This document shows, piece by piece, positions 7,996 to 11,062 of a stretch of 11,062 nt of DNA (the first letter of the stretch is position 1; every line of letters starts with the position of its first letter). The stretch lies in assembly GCA_040752415.1 (NCBI GenBank), contig JBFMGU010000323.1:1-11062 (forward strand). Reading direction: 5' to 3'. The notes under the pieces are model-generated. The model had not been told where the DNA came from. It worked only from the letters and a program-made list of their open reading frames with translations, and did not search any database. The position numbers and the translations under genes are program-made. Source of the DNA: Myxococcota bacterium. Its GTDB lineage: Bacteria > Myxococcota > JACRCW01.

Positions 7996-8592
7996 TCAGG
8001 GGTTCCCGGTCGCCGCCGACGACGGGCGAGAGCGCCAGGTCCGCCAGGCCGCCCCCAGGCCGATCACGGTGGGCCAGGCCATCTCCACCACGAGCTTGAG
8101 GACCACGCGCTCGGGGTGGAAGCGGTTGCCCTCGTAGACCCACCAGCCGTCCAGGGGATGGTTGGGCAGCCAGGGCAGCTTCAGCCCGGCCCGCGTCAAG
8201 AGCACGCCCAGCAGCGTGAGCGCCGCCATGGGTACGTAGAGGTACAGCCCGGCGGTGATGGCGTTGCCGGCGGTGGTGCGTCGTCGGGAGAGCAGCGCCA
8301 CCAGGTAGAAGCCGGCGGCGGCAATGGCGCAGAAGATCAGCTCATTGACCAGGCGCATCCACACGAAGCCGTTGGCGGAGAAGAGCCGGCTCAGCGCCAC
8401 CGCAACGCTGACCTCCGCCGCCAGCGCGTAGCGCGCCACCGTCATGGGGAACGCCGCGGCCACCACGAGGATGGAGAGCAGGATGGGCTCCAGCGGGTCG
8501 CCCTCGCCGTCATGGAGGATGGAGAGGAGCGTGCGCACCGGTCTCACCAGGATCCCGCCCATGCGCCAGAGCACGCCGCGCAGCACGCTCAC
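7996..8592 (-). CDS. Integral membrane protein, possibly Yip1-like (~198 aa)
   Basis: 3' part of ORF 7996..9183. GTG 8592 overlaps the upstream stop (GTGA); ATG 8562 is an alternative start. About 4-5 hydrophobic segments; N-terminal GILVRPVRTL loosely recalls bacterial Yip1-domain proteins. Confidence 0.7.
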   Translation of the reverse strand: MSVLRGVLWRMGGILVRPVRTLLSILHDGEGDPLEPILLSILVVAAAFPMTVARYALAAEVSVAVALSRLFSANGFVWMRLVNELIFCAIAAAGFYLVALLSRRRTTAGNAITAGLYLYVPMAALTLLGVLLTRAGLKLPWLPNHPLDGWWVYEGNRFHPERVVLKLVVEMAWPTVIGLGAAWRTWRSRPSSAATGNP

Positions 8593-9650
8593 ACCTCGGC
8601 AAAGATGTACGGCTTGAGCGCGTCCAGCCGACGAGCCATGCCCTCCGGCTCCATCAGCCACAGCACCGCGCACAGGGCGCTGTACAGCTGCGTCCCCGTC
8701 CTCCCCGCGAACGCGAAGCCGGCGAGATTCACGTTGCGACTGCCGTGCACGCACAACGCCGCGTGCGGCACCACCAGGGAGTTCAGCAGCCGGCCGGCGT
8801 AGCCATTGTCGCGCGCGAAGCTGACCACGGGGTTGGCGGAGAGCTTCTCGGTGAGCGCCACGCGCGGCTCCTCGCGCAGGCGGGAGAGCAGCTCGCTCTT
8901 GCCCATGGGATCGGCGAGGCGGAGCTGGAAGTGCACCGTGGAGAGCAGCTGCGTGTGCAGCTCCACCGACGAGGAGAACACCGGCAGCGCGGTGTTGCCG
9001 CCCAGCACCAGGCTGGCGTCGCGGGCGTGGTGGGTGCCGAACTGCGGGTCGGGGTGGCGCTGGATGACCGGGCTGGCAATGAAGTCGCTGGCGGTGCCGA
9101 GCTCGGCAGCGGGCTCCATGAGCAGGAAGCGACTGTCCTCCAGGCCCATGCTCCCGTCGGGCTTGCGCGCCAGCGCGTGGCACAGCAGGGCGACCACGTG
9201 CGTGCCCACGTCGGGGATGGCGAGGAAGCGGTCGGTGCCACGACGGAGCGCGTCCTCGCTGATGCCGTGGATGAACGGCGCGCCAAAGGAGAGGTCCCCG
9301 CCCACCGCCACGAAGCCGCGCGTGCCGGTGAGCGCGGAGTACTGCGCGTCCTTGTTGGCCACGGCCGCGCCGGTGGTGTCCACGACGACGGTGGCGCGCG
9401 TCAGCGCGTCCGCGGGGGAGAACGCCACCTCCACGCCCATGCCCTCCAGGGCGGTGCGGGTGGGCCCCTCGGCGGCGAGCAGCACGCCGCGCTCCAGCAG
9501 CGCGCGCAGGGCGGGACGGTCGCTCTCGGCGGCGGAGCGCTTGTGCAGGGTGACCTCGGTCAGGCCCAGGTCCGCGCCAAAGTCCGCCAACAAGGACGCC
9601 AGCGTCAGCCCCGACGGCCCCGCCCCCACCACGTGCACCGTGCTCGTCAT
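8589..9650 (-). CDS. Type II (archaeal-type) glyceraldehyde-3-phosphate dehydrogenase homologue, catalytic Cys absent (353 aa)
   Basis: ATG 9650 is followed at once by the Rossmann motif VHVVGAGPSG. Also VVVDTTG (family: VVDCTP/DATP), AVGGD (QGGE/QGSE), FGTHHARD (HH motif), SFARDNGYAGR. The VVSCNT position reads IPDVGT. Confidence 0.72.
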   Translation of the reverse strand: MTSTVHVVGAGPSGLTLASLLADFGADLGLTEVTLHKRSAAESDRPALRALLERGVLLAAEGPTRTALEGMGVEVAFSPADALTRATVVVDTTGAAVANKDAQYSALTGTRGFVAVGGDLSFGAPFIHGISEDALRRGTDRFLAIPDVGTHVVALLCHALARKPDGSMGLEDSRFLLMEPAAELGTASDFIASPVIQRHPDPQFGTHHARDASLVLGGNTALPVFSSSVELHTQLLSTVHFQLRLADPMGKSELLSRLREEPRVALTEKLSANPVVSFARDNGYAGRLLNSLVVPHAALCVHGSRNVNLAGFAFAGRTGTQLYSALCAVLWLMEPEGMARRLDALKPYIFAEV

Positions 9651-9657
9651 GACGGTG

Positions 9658-9666
9658 TGGCTAGCA
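9658..9666 (-). promoter_or_regulatory. Candidate extended -10 for a leaderless transcript of the GAPDH-like gene
   Basis: TGC-TAGCCA on the - strand, 7 nt before ATG 9650; no SD. The final T of the hexamer is missing. Confidence 0.3.
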
Positions 9667-9790
9667 GAGCGCCCCGTGGCCTGGGAAGGCCCGACCTGCC
9701 AGTGTGTTCGTGCCGCCGACAACCACGGCGGTCGCGGTTCCCAATGCGCTGGTTACCAGCTGAATCGATCGAGGCCGGTTGTGCCGCATC

Positions 9791-9970
9791 GGTCCGAGCG
9801 AAAGCGGTACTTCATACCGCAGTCCGAAAGTGCCGGCGCGGAGATCGTGGTGGACAGTCGGGCCGGCACGGTTCGCTACGTCAAGCGGGTGCGGGCGCTC
9901 GCACCACCAGAAGTGAGCGGTGCCCGCACCCTTTCGGACTGCGGCATGAAGTGCCGCTTTCGCTCGGACC
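9791..9970. repeat. Inverted pair of structured modules (40-nt arms, 38/40 identical), candidate structured ncRNA or ssDNA element
   Basis: 9791-9830 GGTCCGAGCGAAAGCGGTACTTCATACCGCAGTCCGAAAG versus reverse complement of 9931-9970 GGTCCGAGCGAAAGCGGCACTTCATGCCGCAGTCCGAAAG. Two further hairpins lie between the arms (9830-9869, 9887-9931). Confidence 0.9.
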
Positions 9971-10061
9971 CCTGCAGGACGGCCGACCCGAATGACTCAA
10001 GCGTGACGACTTCGACGTGACCGCTGTAACGCCCTGGCTTCGTGTCATCGGTAAAGGGCGT

Positions 10062-10790
10062 TCACCCCAGGTGCAGCAGCGTGCGCACCGTCTCCACGAT
10101 CTGCGCGAGCCGCACCGGCTTGTGCATGAACGCCTGCACCCCGAGGTCCAGCACCTGCTCGCGCGCCTCCTGGTCCCCCGCGGTGATGACGAAGACCGGG
10201 GTGGCCTTGAAGCGCGGGTCGGCGCGCATGCGCGAGATGAGCGTGAAGCCGTCCATCACCGGCATGTGCAGGTCGGTGATGACCAGGTCCACCGCGGGCG
10301 CCCGGTTCAGCCGCTCCATGGCGGTGAGCCCATTGTCGGCGAACTCCACCGACACCTCCGGGCTCACCCCCTGCACCCGCTTGAGCGCATAGCCGTACAG
10401 CTCGGTGGTGTGCGGGTTGTCCTCGACGAGCAGGATCCGATAACCGCGCCCCGTCCCCTTCCCCGGTTCCCGGCCCGCCGCCTCCACCAGCGCACGCAGC
10501 CTGGCCAGGTCCGGGGAGCTGGGAAGGAAGCGCACCTGCATGCCCGCGGCGTGGTGCACGCTGGGGTCCTGCTCACCCAGCACCTCGGCGTCGATGCTGA
10601 GGGGCTCCATGAGCCCGGGGAAGCCCAGCCCCAGTCGGAGCCGCTCTCCCACGGGGAAGCGCTGCTCGGTGACAATGAGCGTTCCCTCGGGCGACAGCCC
10701 GTCGGTCCATGCCCGCGCAAGCTCCCCCAGGTGCGGGAAGTCCACGCGCAGCATCAGGTGGATCGGTTCCGGATGCGCGTCGGTGGTCAC
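10062..10790 (-). CDS. PilZ (myxobacterial type) plus response-regulator receiver protein (242 aa)
   Basis: N-terminal PilZ-like LRVDF...WTDGLSPEGTLIVTE..FPVGERLRLGLGFPG..EPLSIDAEV...GMQVRF. C-terminal REC with ILLVED, DLVITDLHMPVMDG, ITA and HKP. Confidence 0.9.
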   Translation of the reverse strand: MTTDAHPEPIHLMLRVDFPHLGELARAWTDGLSPEGTLIVTEQRFPVGERLRLGLGFPGLMEPLSIDAEVLGEQDPSVHHAAGMQVRFLPSSPDLARLRALVEAAGREPGKGTGRGYRILLVEDNPHTTELYGYALKRVQGVSPEVSVEFADNGLTAMERLNRAPAVDLVITDLHMPVMDGFTLISRMRADPRFKATPVFVITAGDQEAREQVLDLGVQAFMHKPVRLAQIVETVRTLLHLG

Positions 10791-10797
10791 GGGCCGG

Positions 10798-10803
10798 ATG
10801 CTA
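10798..10803 (-). promoter_or_regulatory. Candidate -10 for a leaderless transcript of the PilZ-REC gene
   Basis: TAGCAT (TANNNT) on the - strand, 7 nt before GTG 10790; no SD; TTTCCT 17 nt further upstream. Confidence 0.4.
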
Positions 10804-10838
10804 GTCCAGGCGCGCGCGGGAGGAAAAAGCCCAACTCG

Positions 10839-11062
10839 TCAACCCTGCAGCTCAAAGCGGAAGGAGTAGCGCGGGATGGTGTACTGCACCGCCTTCCCGT
10901 CGACAGTGGCCGGCTTGAACCGGAACCGCCGCATCGCCTCCACCGCCGCCTCGTCCAGCCCGTAGCCCAGGCCACGAACCACCCTGGCGCTGCGCACCGT
11001 CCCGTCCTCGAAGATCTCCACCCGCAGCTCCACCACGCCCTCGATCCCCGCGCTCTTGGCCT
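10839..11062 (-). CDS. tonB: Energy transducer TonB family protein, C-terminal domain (5'-truncated by the window edge)
   Basis: AKSAGIEGVVELRVEIFEDGTVRSARVVRGLGYGLDEAAVEAMRRFRFKPATVDGKAV is a classic TonB_C pattern. The frame stays open to the window end. Confidence 0.88.
   Translation of the reverse strand, partial: AKSAGIEGVVELRVEIFEDGTVRSARVVRGLGYGLDEAAVEAMRRFRFKPATVDGKAVQYTIPRYSFRFELQG

Noticed and set aside
8593..9183. N-terminal extension of the 395-aa ORF 7996..9183
   Set aside because: Out-of-frame overlap with the GAPDH-like gene and Arg/Pro/Ala-rich; the credible protein starts at 8592 or 8562.
9681..9700. Cobalamin riboswitch fragments (GGGAAGGC, GACCTGCC)
   Set aside because: The two motifs are only 2 nt apart, upstream core elements are missing, and no + strand gene follows.
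9791..9970. Retron msr-msd bounded by a1/a2 inverted repeats
   Set aside because: No reverse transcriptase is adjacent on either strand, and the interior consists of two related inverted modules rather than msr plus msd.
9791..9970. Hammerhead ribozyme, SRP RNA, tmRNA, tRNA, RNase P RNA or group II intron domain V
   Set aside because: No CUGANGA core, SRP helix-8 motif, cloverleaf/CCA end or GAGGAAAGUCC. The GAGC...GUUC pairing encloses too long a region for domain V.
9789..9972. Tn3-family MITE (right end reads GGGGTCC...AAG)
   Set aside because: The left end is TCGGTCC, not GGGG; no 5-bp target duplication; internal compensatory changes point to fold rather than TIR constraint. Not fully excluded.

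Overview
Very GC-rich (about 70% by eye) bacterial chromosomal segment. The gene content suggests Myxococcota or a related deltaproteobacterial lineage: a myxobacterial-type PilZ-receiver protein, a DUF4388-like protein, a DUF2378/V4R-like protein and a Cys/Asp-repeat surface lipoprotein. Eleven probable CDS were identified: CBS-pair protein (+); DUF2378-like protein, SGNH hydrolase and a ~988-aa lamin-tail/Cys-repeat/IPT lipoprotein (all -); DUF4388-like protein (+); then a run of - strand genes (partial TonB, PilZ-REC, archaeal-type GAPDH homologue, membrane protein, stand-alone FabF), plus a doubtful small ORF reported only as a finding. The most striking signal is non-coding, at 9725-10027: two inverted copies of an ~85-nt module. 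Their 40-nt cores differ only by a compensatory base-pair change, and both copies can form the same three-way junction; I do not recognise the motif. The adjacent type II GAPDH homologue lacks the catalytic cysteine and overlaps the start of a membrane-protein gene. All family assignments come from motif recognition, not database searches.
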